From positions 992,001-1,056,000 of the forward strand of contig CP128817.1 in the NCBI GenBank assembly GCA_051546255.1: 64,000 nt of DNA. Direction: 5' to 3'. The position numbers and the translations under genes were made by a program. How positions within the stretch are numbered: position 1 is the stretch's first letter; every line of letters starts with the position of its first letter. The DNA comes from Meyerozyma guilliermondii (lineage: Eukaryota). Shown here in pieces: positions 12,290 through 21,597 of this stretch. Under the pieces are notes generated by a model. The model searched no databases. It was not told the DNA's origin and saw only the letters and a program-made list of their open reading frames with translations.

Positions 12290-13078
12290 CTACTTTCTGA
12301 CAGTGTCCATACCGGCAGTTTTCATCTTCACTGCAAGCTCCAACAAATAGTCGAGTGCCTCATTATAGACCTTTGCTTTCCATACATCTTCACCCCACAC
12401 ATATATACCGTGTCTGCGTACCAATACGGCGGTTGTTCCAGGGTAGTTTCTAATGGCTTCTTGAAGACTGTCTGTCAAATCTTCCTCATGAGGAGTATTT
12501 TCTATGATGGGGATCACCAACTTGTCATAATATTGCATACTTCCCACTTTTTCAATCTTGCTGGTGGACTCGTTAAGCTTGAGTTGGGGCAATGCCTTGA
12601 TTTGTTCAATATGAGAAATTTCAAATTCAACTTTATCACCCCACAATAAGGTACACATCACGGCACTTTGTGAATGGGTATGGATACATGCACCGGCTTC
12701 ACGCATAGTGTAGCAGCTCATGAATAAAGGGGTACAAGCACTTGGCTTATACTTGTACAGTTTTGTGAGTTCTTGTGGACATTCGTTTGGAGTCCGCAAG
12801 AGTTTTTCTCCATTCAAGTCCACGACAAACATTTCCCAGGGCTGTAACCGTTCCTTTTGGATCCCTGAAGGTGCAATGTATACAAGATTTGGGTTTTCAC
12901 CTTTGACATCACGAATGGAGATTCCACCGCCTGTTCCCGTCACCCAATTATTGTCGTAAAACAAACGACAAAGCTCACAAATCAAATTTGCTGGATGGGC
13001 GGGATCATCTGAGAGATATTTGTCGTCAAGAGCAGGTATGTTGGCCTTTGGGGCCAGGCAATGGCATGGAGCTGACAT
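12290..13078 (-). CDS. MDE1: Methylthioribulose-1-phosphate dehydratase (methionine salvage)
   Basis: [45 protein letters not shown]. Confidence 0.95.
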   Translation of the reverse strand: MSAPCHCLAPKANIPALDDKYLSDDPAHPANLICELCRLFYDNNWVTGTGGGISIRDVKGENPNLVYIAPSGIQKERLQPWEMFVVDLNGEKLLRTPNECPQELTKLYKYKPSACTPLFMSCYTMREAGACIHTHSQSAVMCTLLWGDKVEFEISHIEQIKALPQLKLNESTSKIEKVGSMQYYDKLVIPIIENTPHEEDLTDSLQEAIRNYPGTTAVLVRRHGIYVWGEDVWKAKVYNEALDYLLELAVKMKTAGMDTVRK

Positions 13079-13224
13079 GGTCAAAGAGAGCACATGGGTG
13101 AAAAATCCTGTACGTGCGAACAGTTGCAATCGATGCCACAGCTAAAATAAATCGTGTATTAAACAAGTAGTCTACAATGAGGTAATATGCGAATAGAAGA
13201 TAACATGCGGATGGGGAAGGAAAC

Positions 13225-14739
13225 CTACTTCTTCTCCTTCTTTTCCTTCTTGGACTTTTTGTCCTTTTTGGATTTCTTCTTGTCATCCTCGTCGTCTTCA
13301 TCTCTCTTTCTCTTCTTGTCTTTCTTCTCTTTCTTTTCTTTCTTCTCCTTCTTCTCTTTCTTTTCTTTCTTGTCCTTCTTCTCTTTCTTTTCCTTCTTTT
13401 CTGGTTCTTCTTCCTCTTCTTCGTCGTCAGAATCTCCACCAGCATCAGCATCGGCGTTGTATTGTGGAGCTTCCTTGATTTCTATCTTCTGCTGTTCTCT
13501 GACAACTTTTGAAGTGGTACGCATATCGCGGCCCTCCAAGGCACTTAAACGAGATTCCACCTTGGCTCTAACGGAAAATCCAAAGTCTCCAGAATCGTCT
13601 CTCTCTTCTGAGAGCGAATCGTAACGCAAAGCAACGGCAGCTTTTGCAGCTAAAACTCTGGCAATTTTTCCCTTATTTTTGCCAGTAGCCTGTCCCACGA
13701 GCGAGGCATGGTAGAGCAAACCATACTTGGGAGTATCGTGCTTGGTTTTCAAGGCTCTGAAAAGCGCCTTTTCTGCACCGAGAATCTGGATGGTGGAAGC
13801 AGGAGCTTTGGAAAGCGAAGTCAACGAACCAGCGTGGGCAATAAGACGAGCACCAATCAACTCGCCGACCAAGGCTGTCAAGTTGGGAGCAATAGCCTTC
13901 ATACGAGCCGACAAGTAGTTGGACAATTGTTCTCTGTAGGCAGCAAAATCCACAATTTGTTCGGCCAACGCTTTGATGTTTTCGAGATCAATGGGAGTAA
14001 TTTCTGTTCCCATGGACACCTCGGCGGCGGTTTTCACTTTTTCTTCCATTTCCTCTGGCAATATTTCCGATAAGTCGGTTTCGGAAGCATTGGACCTAAT
14101 ACCCATGGTGAGAATGATTCTGGCGTAGGCCACCGAGTCGGTGATCATCTTGGCCAATTCGGGGAAATGCCACCCGTACCACTCCTTACATCTCATAGCA
14201 TAGGTATTTAACTCCTTATCCAAGTCATCCAACAAGGCAATGGCTTGAACAATCATGGTGTCTACCTTATCGGCACTGAATTTCAATTTGTGACGACCAA
14301 TGGAATGAGCCAAACCCAACGACATCTGCTTCAAAGCATTATCGTCCAATCCTGGGAGAAGTTCTGGCAAGAACTCTCTGATCGAACGGTGCAAATCCAA
14401 CGAAGCAGCATCAGATACAACCGAGAAATTCAATCCCAATTTGTTGATGGCATTACCCAATTTTGTCTCCAGAACAACCAACGTGGCCTTCTTGTCCTGT
14501 TTGACCTCGCTTAAGAATTTCTTCAATGTTTCCGAAACACGGCCTTCGATGACAGCATTGGCTTCTTCCAACGCACCGGCGGCTGACAGGAACTTTTCAA
14601 ATCTGTGGACTTTAAACTGTTCGGCAACTTTCTCAGCGGTATCCAAGTCTTCCAACAAGGTGGTGGACTTGTATATCTTTTTGTCGGCGGCCTTGAGAAG
14701 GGCGTAACCCGCCGCAGTTTCGGTTAAGACGTAGGCCAT
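13225..14739 (-). CDS. NOP58: Box C/D snoRNP core protein Nop58
   Basis: [56 protein letters not shown] tail. Confidence 0.97.
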   Translation of the reverse strand: MAYVLTETAAGYALLKAADKKIYKSTTLLEDLDTAEKVAEQFKVHRFEKFLSAAGALEEANAVIEGRVSETLKKFLSEVKQDKKATLVVLETKLGNAINKLGLNFSVVSDAASLDLHRSIREFLPELLPGLDDNALKQMSLGLAHSIGRHKLKFSADKVDTMIVQAIALLDDLDKELNTYAMRCKEWYGWHFPELAKMITDSVAYARIILTMGIRSNASETDLSEILPEEMEEKVKTAAEVSMGTEITPIDLENIKALAEQIVDFAAYREQLSNYLSARMKAIAPNLTALVGELIGARLIAHAGSLTSLSKAPASTIQILGAEKALFRALKTKHDTPKYGLLYHASLVGQATGKNKGKIARVLAAKAAVALRYDSLSEERDDSGDFGFSVRAKVESRLSALEGRDMRTTSKVVREQQKIEIKEAPQYNADADAGGDSDDEEEEEEPEKKEKKEKKDKKEKKEKKEKKEKKEKKDKKRKRDEDDEDDKKKSKKDKKSKKEKKEKK

Positions 14740-14743
14740 GGTG

Positions 14744-14764
14744 TGAAAAAAATTTCCGATGAGC
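14744..14764. promoter_or_regulatory. RRPE-like plus PAC ribosome-biogenesis elements (NOP58)
   Basis: TGAAAAAAATTT 14744-14755 and CGATGAGC 14757-14764 directly upstream of the NOP58 ATG. Confidence 0.75.
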
Positions 14765-14819
14765 TGCGAATTTGTCCTCTAAAGCCGGTGCAAGGATGTG
14801 AATTCTGGGGTTTACATCG

Positions 14820-17800
14820 ATGCATCTCACCAGATTTCCAGGAAGCGCGTTAATGCATCCCAGTGACAGACGGCTGCCGGCCAGCCCACGGCGAACGAAA
14901 AAACATAAAAGGACGTATTTCTTTCAGCCGACAAACTCCTTGGTCGGTGGTGAAAATCTGGGCGCTCGGGAGCAACCGGAAGGTAGTTTAAATCACCAAA
15001 AGAGCGAACCTGATCAGATTGAAATTTCCACAAAATTGGCCCCTACTACGATTCCGCGTGATCCTGTCTCCCCTCGCGTGGACGTGATGGTCCAAAGCTC
15101 TGATGACAGTTTTGACGGTATAAAATGGCGAACAACTCCACGAAAACCTCAGTTCAGAAATGCCATTTCCACAACCATGCCATCTTCTCCTCTACGTGAA
15201 ATGGCAAAAGACTTGAATGTGGACTCGAGACAAGTCAGTGCTAAGCATTCTGCTACGATAACCGACGAACAGGCCAATTCTGTGCTCAACAAGTATGGAA
15301 CAGACTTTGTCAACATTTCTTCGCAGCCATCTTCAACTCCAAATTTGCATAAAACCAAGTCGGATCTTTCCGCGCCAACGTCTCGTGAAAACGACTTGAA
15401 TATCTCCCCGGTACTCCAGAGATCTCGTTCCAGCGGGGTCGAACGATTGGCATTCAAACCGAGTCTTGTAACTTCCAAGTCAATGACCAAGTCTTTAACA
15501 AAGTCGTTCAACTCGGAACCAAAAACAGCATCTCAGCCTACCGGCTCTACTCTCAAAAGCTGGATTGACCGCTTCGACAGTAATTTCAAGGACTTTGATG
15601 GCGAGAGCAGTTTTGACTTCAACAAGCTGATGCTTTGCCAGACCGCTGATTCTAGTTCAGTTGAACCCATTCCTGTCTCTGCTGCCATAGACGCCATCGA
15701 CTTTAGTGACGACTTCAGTGACTCTGAGTTGGTCACTAGTGATCCAATCAAGGTGGAGGCCCGAAAAACCACACCGGAAACCGAATCTGATCCATTTTCT
15801 TCCGATGATGAAGTATTCAACGATTTGGAAGAAAATACTCAAAAACGCCTGCCTGATGTACCTGCCCAAATCTCCCGGAAAGATTCAAAATCTCCACCTT
15901 CCAACACCAGTTCCAATGATATAGCCCTTGCTTATCCAAGAAAAGGATTGGCTCGCTACAAGATTGCGGATATTCTCAAGTCACAATACAAATTGCGTGA
16001 TAGAACTTTGAACCAGTTGGTGATGACAGTCTTGGACTCTAGTGGAACTACTTCAAAACTACTCATTCGGGGCGAAGCTTCCCTACTCAATTTTGAATTA
16101 GGAGACATCGTCCACATCATTTCTACCGATAATGGAAATCCTCGATTGGTCGATGATGATCATAACTTGCTCATCTGGAATCCTGATACACTTGTTTCCC
16201 CCACATCTGTGTCTCTGCAATTGACTTGTGCTCGGAAATCTGTTCTTTTGTCTCGCTTAAATTTTCCAGGTGTCTCCTCGATTCATCTTATTACCGGCAC
16301 AATTTTGCATGAAATTTTTCAGAGTTGTATTCGAGAGGAAAACTGGACTGTTGAGTTTATGTCTGACCTCTCGAACTACTCGATAGATCAACGTCGAATC
16401 GAGATCTTTTCATTGGGAGAAGAGATGATGAACAACGTAAAGCACACTATTCAGGAACAATTACCATACCTACGTGAGTGGTTTGATACCTACTACAAAA
16501 AAGTTCCATCTCTGGCTAATTCGATCCAATCTGCTACAAACCCAACGACTGCGCCACGCAAAGCCGAAAGAAGAAAGACGGTGATGTTTGCAGTTTCAAA
16601 AGCTTTGGAGATAGAAGAGACCATTTGGTCGCCAATGTTTGGTATCAATGGTAAAATTGACGTTACTATTGAGGCCAAAATGAGGGATGGAAATCAGAAC
16701 CTGACGATGCTTATGCCGTTGGAGATTAAAACTGGAAGAGAACATATCAGTCATCATGCTCAATCTGCATTATACACATTACTATTTAAAGATCGATACG
16801 AAATTTATCTCACTGCATTTCTCTTGGTTTATACCAAGGAAAAAATCACCAAGAAAGAAGAGATTGGCAGGAACGATCTCAAATCATTGGTGAATTTACG
16901 AAACCAGCTCACAGAGTACTTCAAGTTGAATACTAGAAAACTTCCAAATCTACTACAGCTGTCATTGTGCGATAGATGTGAAATACAGCAAGCTTGTATG
17001 ACCATCAATTTCCTTGCTGAAGATGGAACAGGTGAAGATAGCGGGATAGGCATTGATAACTACAACTTTTTGGTGGATCATTTGTCAGAAAAACATAAAC
17101 ATTTTTATAATGTCTGGGATTCTGTCATTACCAAAGAAGAGAGCTCAATGTCTCGTCTCAAGCGTGAGCTATGGCTCATGAACTCAACTGATCGGGAACA
17201 GAAAAATGGCAAGTGCATCTCGGACTTGAAGGTTACTGACTGTAGGATCAACGAAGGCTCAGAGTGGTTTGATTATACCTTCAAGCGAGCTGAAACCTCA
17301 CTGTTAAGTTCAAGATCATTTCAGCTCAGCCAATTGAGTAAAAATGACAGGGTCACCATCAGTTCTGAAAACGGTCACTATGCTTTATCTCAAGGTTACA
17401 TTGTAAAAATGAGAAAAGATTTGATTGTTGTGTCAGCCATGAGAAAACTAAGTCCACTGGTCTCTCGCTCGTATGCAAATAATCAGCTGGTCCATTATCG
17501 TATAGATAAGGATGAGATGTTCTACGGTATGGGACTTGCGAGATTCAATATTTTGAACTTGTTTCTAGTTGATGGTGATTCAAGAAGACGAGAGATTTTG
17601 GTTGACAGAAAACCTCCCAGATTCACCAACGGGGAATTGAAGTTTGAGGCCCCCAAATATCTCAATGTGGACCAGGTTGCGGCCATTAAAAAGGTGATTC
17701 TGGCAAAAGATTTTTCACTTATTCTAGGAATGCCCGGGACTGGCAAGACCACAGTTATATCTGAATTGATCAAAAGCTTGGTGGAAAATGGCAAATCGGT

Positions 17801-19031
17801 GCTATTGACGTCGTATACTCATTCTGCTGTTGATAACATTCTCCTAAAGTTGAAAGATAGTGGTTTGAAAATCCTCCGTATTGGATCTTCTTCCAAAGTT
17901 CATCGAGATATACAGACATTTTTACCTGCTGACATCAAAACTTATGACGATTTTCATAGAGCATATCTCGAGCCTCAAGTGGTCGCAGCTACTTGTCTCG
18001 GGATCGACGATATTGCATTTTCGCTTGGAAGGACTTTTGACTATTGTATTTTGGATGAAGCTTCACAAGTCACAATGCCTGTTAGTCTTGGTCCGCTTCG
18101 TTTTTGCAAAAGATTTGTTCTAGTTGGAGATCACCACCAGCTACCACCTTTAGTACAACATGGAGATGCGGACGTACGAGAACTTCTTTCCACCTCGCTT
18201 TTCAAAACTTTGGGAGATGCATTCCCACAAAGTGTTTCTGAGTTAACGTACCAATTTCGAATGTGTGAAGACATAATGCTGCTTTCCAACATTTTGGTTT
18301 ACGAAAATAGGTTGAAATGCGGTTCTGAAAAGGTTGCACGAAACTCCTTAGTTATCCCTCACCCTAATGCTGTGGATCAACTTTTACTATCGAGAAACAC
18401 ATCCAAGAATGAGAGATGGATGGACGAGATTTTGGATCCAGAAAGAAAAGTTATTTTCTTAAATCACGACATGATTCCCGGATACGAAACTTGCATTGGA
18501 GACAAAATTGAAAACTTGACAGAAGCAGAATTAGTCTTCCAGATTGTCGATGCGTTGACTACGTGTGGAGTTCCAGAATCAAGTATCGGTGTCATGGCTC
18601 TTTACAGATCCCAATTGAGATTACTTATGAAAGGTCTTTCGGATAAGAAATCCGTAGAGTGTCTTACAGCAGACCAGTTCCAGGGAAGAGATAAAGAGTG
18701 TGTGGTTATTTCTTTAGTACGTTCAAACAAAGAACTAAAGGTTGGAGATCTACTCAAAGAATGGAGACGAATCAATGTGGCCATAACTAGGTCCAAAACA
18801 AAATTGATCATCTTGGGGTCGGCTGCAATAATGAAAAGCATTGGAATACTCAATCGTGTTTTATCGCTTATCGAGCAAAAAAACTGGATGCGTACTTTAT
18901 CCCCCAATGCATTGTCCGTCTATCGAACCAGAGAGATTCCGGAAACTCCACAAAAACCTCGTGTAGTCGTCAATAAGGAGGTGTTGATGAAAAACCACCC
19001 AATAGCGAGAGATATATTTCACTCGAGTTAA
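14820..19031 (+). CDS. DNA2: DNA replication helicase/nuclease Dna2 (start could be 14853)
   Basis: Nuclease motifs EETIWSPMFGINGKIDVT and PLEIKTG; Fe-S cysteines (CARK; CDRC....AC); Walker A GMPGTGKT; DEASQ; LVGDHHQLPP. Confidence 0.96.
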   Translation: MHLTRFPGSALMHPSDRRLPASPRRTKKHKRTYFFQPTNSLVGGENLGAREQPEGSLNHQKSEPDQIEISTKLAPTTIPRDPVSPRVDVMVQSSDDSFDGIKWRTTPRKPQFRNAISTTMPSSPLREMAKDLNVDSRQVSAKHSATITDEQANSVLNKYGTDFVNISSQPSSTPNLHKTKSDLSAPTSRENDLNISPVLQRSRSSGVERLAFKPSLVTSKSMTKSLTKSFNSEPKTASQPTGSTLKSWIDRFDSNFKDFDGESSFDFNKLMLCQTADSSSVEPIPVSAAIDAIDFSDDFSDSELVTSDPIKVEARKTTPETESDPFSSDDEVFNDLEENTQKRLPDVPAQISRKDSKSPPSNTSSNDIALAYPRKGLARYKIADILKSQYKLRDRTLNQLVMTVLDSSGTTSKLLIRGEASLLNFELGDIVHIISTDNGNPRLVDDDHNLLIWNPDTLVSPTSVSLQLTCARKSVLLSRLNFPGVSSIHLITGTILHEIFQSCIREENWTVEFMSDLSNYSIDQRRIEIFSLGEEMMNNVKHTIQEQLPYLREWFDTYYKKVPSLANSIQSATNPTTAPRKAERRKTVMFAVSKALEIEETIWSPMFGINGKIDVTIEAKMRDGNQNLTMLMPLEIKTGREHISHHAQSALYTLLFKDRYEIYLTAFLLVYTKEKITKKEEIGRNDLKSLVNLRNQLTEYFKLNTRKLPNLLQLSLCDRCEIQQACMTINFLAEDGTGEDSGIGIDNYNFLVDHLSEKHKHFYNVWDSVITKEESSMSRLKRELWLMNSTDREQKNGKCISDLKVTDCRINEGSEWFDYTFKRAETSLLSSRSFQLSQLSKNDRVTISSENGHYALSQGYIVKMRKDLIVVSAMRKLSPLVSRSYANNQLVHYRIDKDEMFYGMGLARFNILNLFLVDGDSRRREILVDRKPPRFTNGELKFEAPKYLNVDQVAAIKKVILAKDFSLILGMPGTGKTTVISELIKSLVENGKSVLLTSYTHSAVDNILLKLKDSGLKILRIGSSSKVHRDIQTFLPADIKTYDDFHRAYLEPQVVAATCLGIDDIAFSLGRTFDYCILDEASQVTMPVSLGPLRFCKRFVLVGDHHQLPPLVQHGDADVRELLSTSLFKTLGDAFPQSVSELTYQFRMCEDIMLLSNILVYENRLKCGSEKVARNSLVIPHPNAVDQLLLSRNTSKNERWMDEILDPERKVIFLNHDMIPGYETCIGDKIENLTEAELVFQIVDALTTCGVPESSIGVMALYRSQLRLLMKGLSDKKSVECLTADQFQGRDKECVVISLVRSNKELKVGDLLKEWRRINVAITRSKTKLIILGSAAIMKSIGILNRVLSLIEQKNWMRTLSPNALSVYRTREIPETPQKPRVVVNKEVLMKNHPIARDIFHSS

Positions 19032-19054
19032 TGTACATACTAAACACTCCAAAG

Positions 19055-21448
19055 TTATATGGCAAAGAAATGAAACTCAAAGTTCCCGCGTCGAAAGTTG
19101 AACTGATTACCCATCCAGCCATTCGGTGGTTGTTCGTCATTCTCGGCATCGTCTCGATTATTAGGTTGGTTATTATTGTTGTTGGGGTTTCGTAACCGTC
19201 TCATTTGCATGAGGCTCTGGATGAAAAATACCAGAAAGAACATCAAGGTGATGGCTATGACAAGATAATCTCCAGTATCGTAATCTTCTTCAGTGTCATA
19301 ATTGGATCCTTCGTGGTGTGCTCTTGCTCTTTCGTTTGCCTGATCAAACCTAGCAGGAGAGCTCTCCTTCTTTTTGCTGATAGATCTAAATGCACTGAAC
19401 CATCCATAGTTTTCGTCAGCAGAACTGTCTTTGTTCTTGTGAGAGGAAAACATGTACTTGAGTCGAAGACGGAGAAGCGCCAAATTAATAGGAACCTTGT
19501 TTTTCGATGCATGGATTTGCACGTAGTCGTCTCCTTGGTATAACAAGCTGAGATCATAAAACCTCTTGGCCATGAAGTAGTCCACTGTATTGTTGATCGG
19601 TCCCAATCCATATTCATACATGTATGCAAGACTGTAGCAGCCGTGTGAAGAGTGTTGGTTGGCAGCTCGGTGGTAGAAAGTGTATGCCATATCATAGTTG
19701 GGCGACAATTGTGTTCCTTCAATACCATAGAAATAAATGTCTCCCAACAAAATTGTGGCATCAATGTTGCTCTGTATCGAAGCTTGCTCGAGGTAGGAAA
19801 TTGCAGACTTTACTCTATTATCGGAATGAGTAACTTTGACAGTTGGAAGAAAGTTGAATTGTGCCAGAAGTGGTTGAAGTTGGTAGAGAAGGTATGCTGC
19901 GGAAACTTGCGAGTTAACTAGCCCGAGCTCGGCTCCAATCAGATAGGCTAGAAGGGCATTTTTGTATCTTCCAGCGCAGAGCTCTCGAAAAGCCCATTCA
20001 AGCTCGGGTACAAATAATGGTTCGAGCCGTTCTGTAAATACCTTGTAGTAAATGATGGTTGTTTCACACTGATACGGCGCACTGGGTGTCATATATGCTC
20101 CAACATTTGCTCGGAGAAGCTCACCGACGTAGTACAATGCCTCGGTATTCAGCATTCCAGCAGCATCTTCGAAGCTTTTAAGTATCTGTGGGAGGTCTGG
20201 GTTTGACACTGGGTTGAAGCCACCTTGCTGCAATAAAAGACGAGCAAGTGCCGTTCGTCCTTTATGTGACTTAATCTTGGCGGCTTGCGCATAGATTTCC
20301 ATTGCTTTGGTAGCATTTGGTTCAGAACCATTGAGGCCCTTTTCTACAATATACCCGAGATCAGCGGTTGCCTCTGGTGATACTGCTCGAAGTTGGTTCA
20401 ATATTCGTGCTGCCTCGGTAACATTCTTCTCGACGCCTTGCCCATGAAGATACATATGGCCTTGTAATGCTATGCATCGGTGAAAAAACCGCATTTCGGG
20501 CATGGATCGAAACGTGCCGCCAATGTCACGATACATCTTCATGCATTCTGACAACACTTCAAAAGCTTTAGCATGGTTCGCTGGCCTGAAATAGTCTCCT
20601 TCGTATAGGGCGAGAGCTTCGTAGTACTGGTCTGCGTAGGATGGAAAGTCGTAGTCGAGATTATTTTCATGGAACAGGTAACTCTCCACCTGATGGTAAC
20701 GAGAGAAGATCAGTGAGCTCGATTCACTTAGTTTGTTTCCATAGAGACCACCGTTGAAGTCTGGGATCTTGACGTTGTACGAAACCTTTATATCGTCGTA
20801 GTGTTCCCCGATATACTCTCGTCCCAACTGAGCTAGTCTACTGTAATAATGAAGTGCCAATTCACAATTTGTGGGTACACCGAGACCATATAGGTTCTTA
20901 TAAGCGAGAGCCATGGTAGCCTTGTCGCTGCCATTTTCCATTGCAAACTGGTAGTAAATTAAAGCCCTTGCTGGATCTTTTTCGATATCGCCAAAGAGCC
21001 CAGTAGAGTATGCCAAGCCAAGCATGAAATAACTATGACCATTGGGTTCTGAATCCACCACTTTGTGGTAGTATGATAATGCCTTTCCATAATCTGGACG
21101 AGTAACGTAGCCAAACATGTTATAGTCTGCAATCGTTAACATGGCAGTGATATCTCCATTGTCAGCAGCAGCTTCCAATATATCCATAGCGCTTGAGTAC
21201 CGAGCAAAAACGTCTCGGTTGTCTCCAAGGTACACGGTTCCTTGATAATCATGCAATTTTTCATCGTATTGTGGAATTTTAAGTCCATTATAGATGTTAT
21301 TTTCAGTGTAGACTGGCGGCGAATGTCGGTTGCGTAGCTGTTCAAGATGTATATATGCATTTTCCAAAGTACTTTTTTCTGGTGTTCCCACAGCAGCAAC
21401 CACAGAAGCTACATATACCGCAAAAGCGAGTATAAGTGGCGGCCTCAT
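19055..21448 (-). CDS. HRD3: ERAD Sel1-repeat protein Hrd3
   Basis: Signal peptide MRPPLILAFAVYVASVVA, multiple Sel1 repeats, DYFMAKRFYD, one C-proximal TM segment. Confidence 0.88.
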   Translation of the reverse strand: MRPPLILAFAVYVASVVAAVGTPEKSTLENAYIHLEQLRNRHSPPVYTENNIYNGLKIPQYDEKLHDYQGTVYLGDNRDVFARYSSAMDILEAAADNGDITAMLTIADYNMFGYVTRPDYGKALSYYHKVVDSEPNGHSYFMLGLAYSTGLFGDIEKDPARALIYYQFAMENGSDKATMALAYKNLYGLGVPTNCELALHYYSRLAQLGREYIGEHYDDIKVSYNVKIPDFNGGLYGNKLSESSSLIFSRYHQVESYLFHENNLDYDFPSYADQYYEALALYEGDYFRPANHAKAFEVLSECMKMYRDIGGTFRSMPEMRFFHRCIALQGHMYLHGQGVEKNVTEAARILNQLRAVSPEATADLGYIVEKGLNGSEPNATKAMEIYAQAAKIKSHKGRTALARLLLQQGGFNPVSNPDLPQILKSFEDAAGMLNTEALYYVGELLRANVGAYMTPSAPYQCETTIIYYKVFTERLEPLFVPELEWAFRELCAGRYKNALLAYLIGAELGLVNSQVSAAYLLYQLQPLLAQFNFLPTVKVTHSDNRVKSAISYLEQASIQSNIDATILLGDIYFYGIEGTQLSPNYDMAYTFYHRAANQHSSHGCYSLAYMYEYGLGPINNTVDYFMAKRFYDLSLLYQGDDYVQIHASKNKVPINLALLRLRLKYMFSSHKNKDSSADENYGWFSAFRSISKKKESSPARFDQANERARAHHEGSNYDTEEDYDTGDYLVIAITLMFFLVFFIQSLMQMRRLRNPNNNNNQPNNRDDAENDEQPPNGWMGNQFNFRRGNFEFHFFAI

Positions 21449-21597
21449 TACCAAAAGCCAGTGACAGCACTGCAACATTGAATCGCACTTGGAGATTGCC
21501 TAAGTTGTCTGCAGGATCGAATCAGCCCCTGTCCTGCATGTGGCCAGGTTAAAGTGGGCTTCGAGTTGCGACCGTCCACCTGGCATATTGTAACGTT

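Noticed and set aside
13026..13624. Arg/Lys-rich and Phe/Ser-rich ORFs over the NOP58 tail (likewise 47730-47993 at NOP56)
   Set aside because: Alternative-frame readings of the KKE/KKD repeat.
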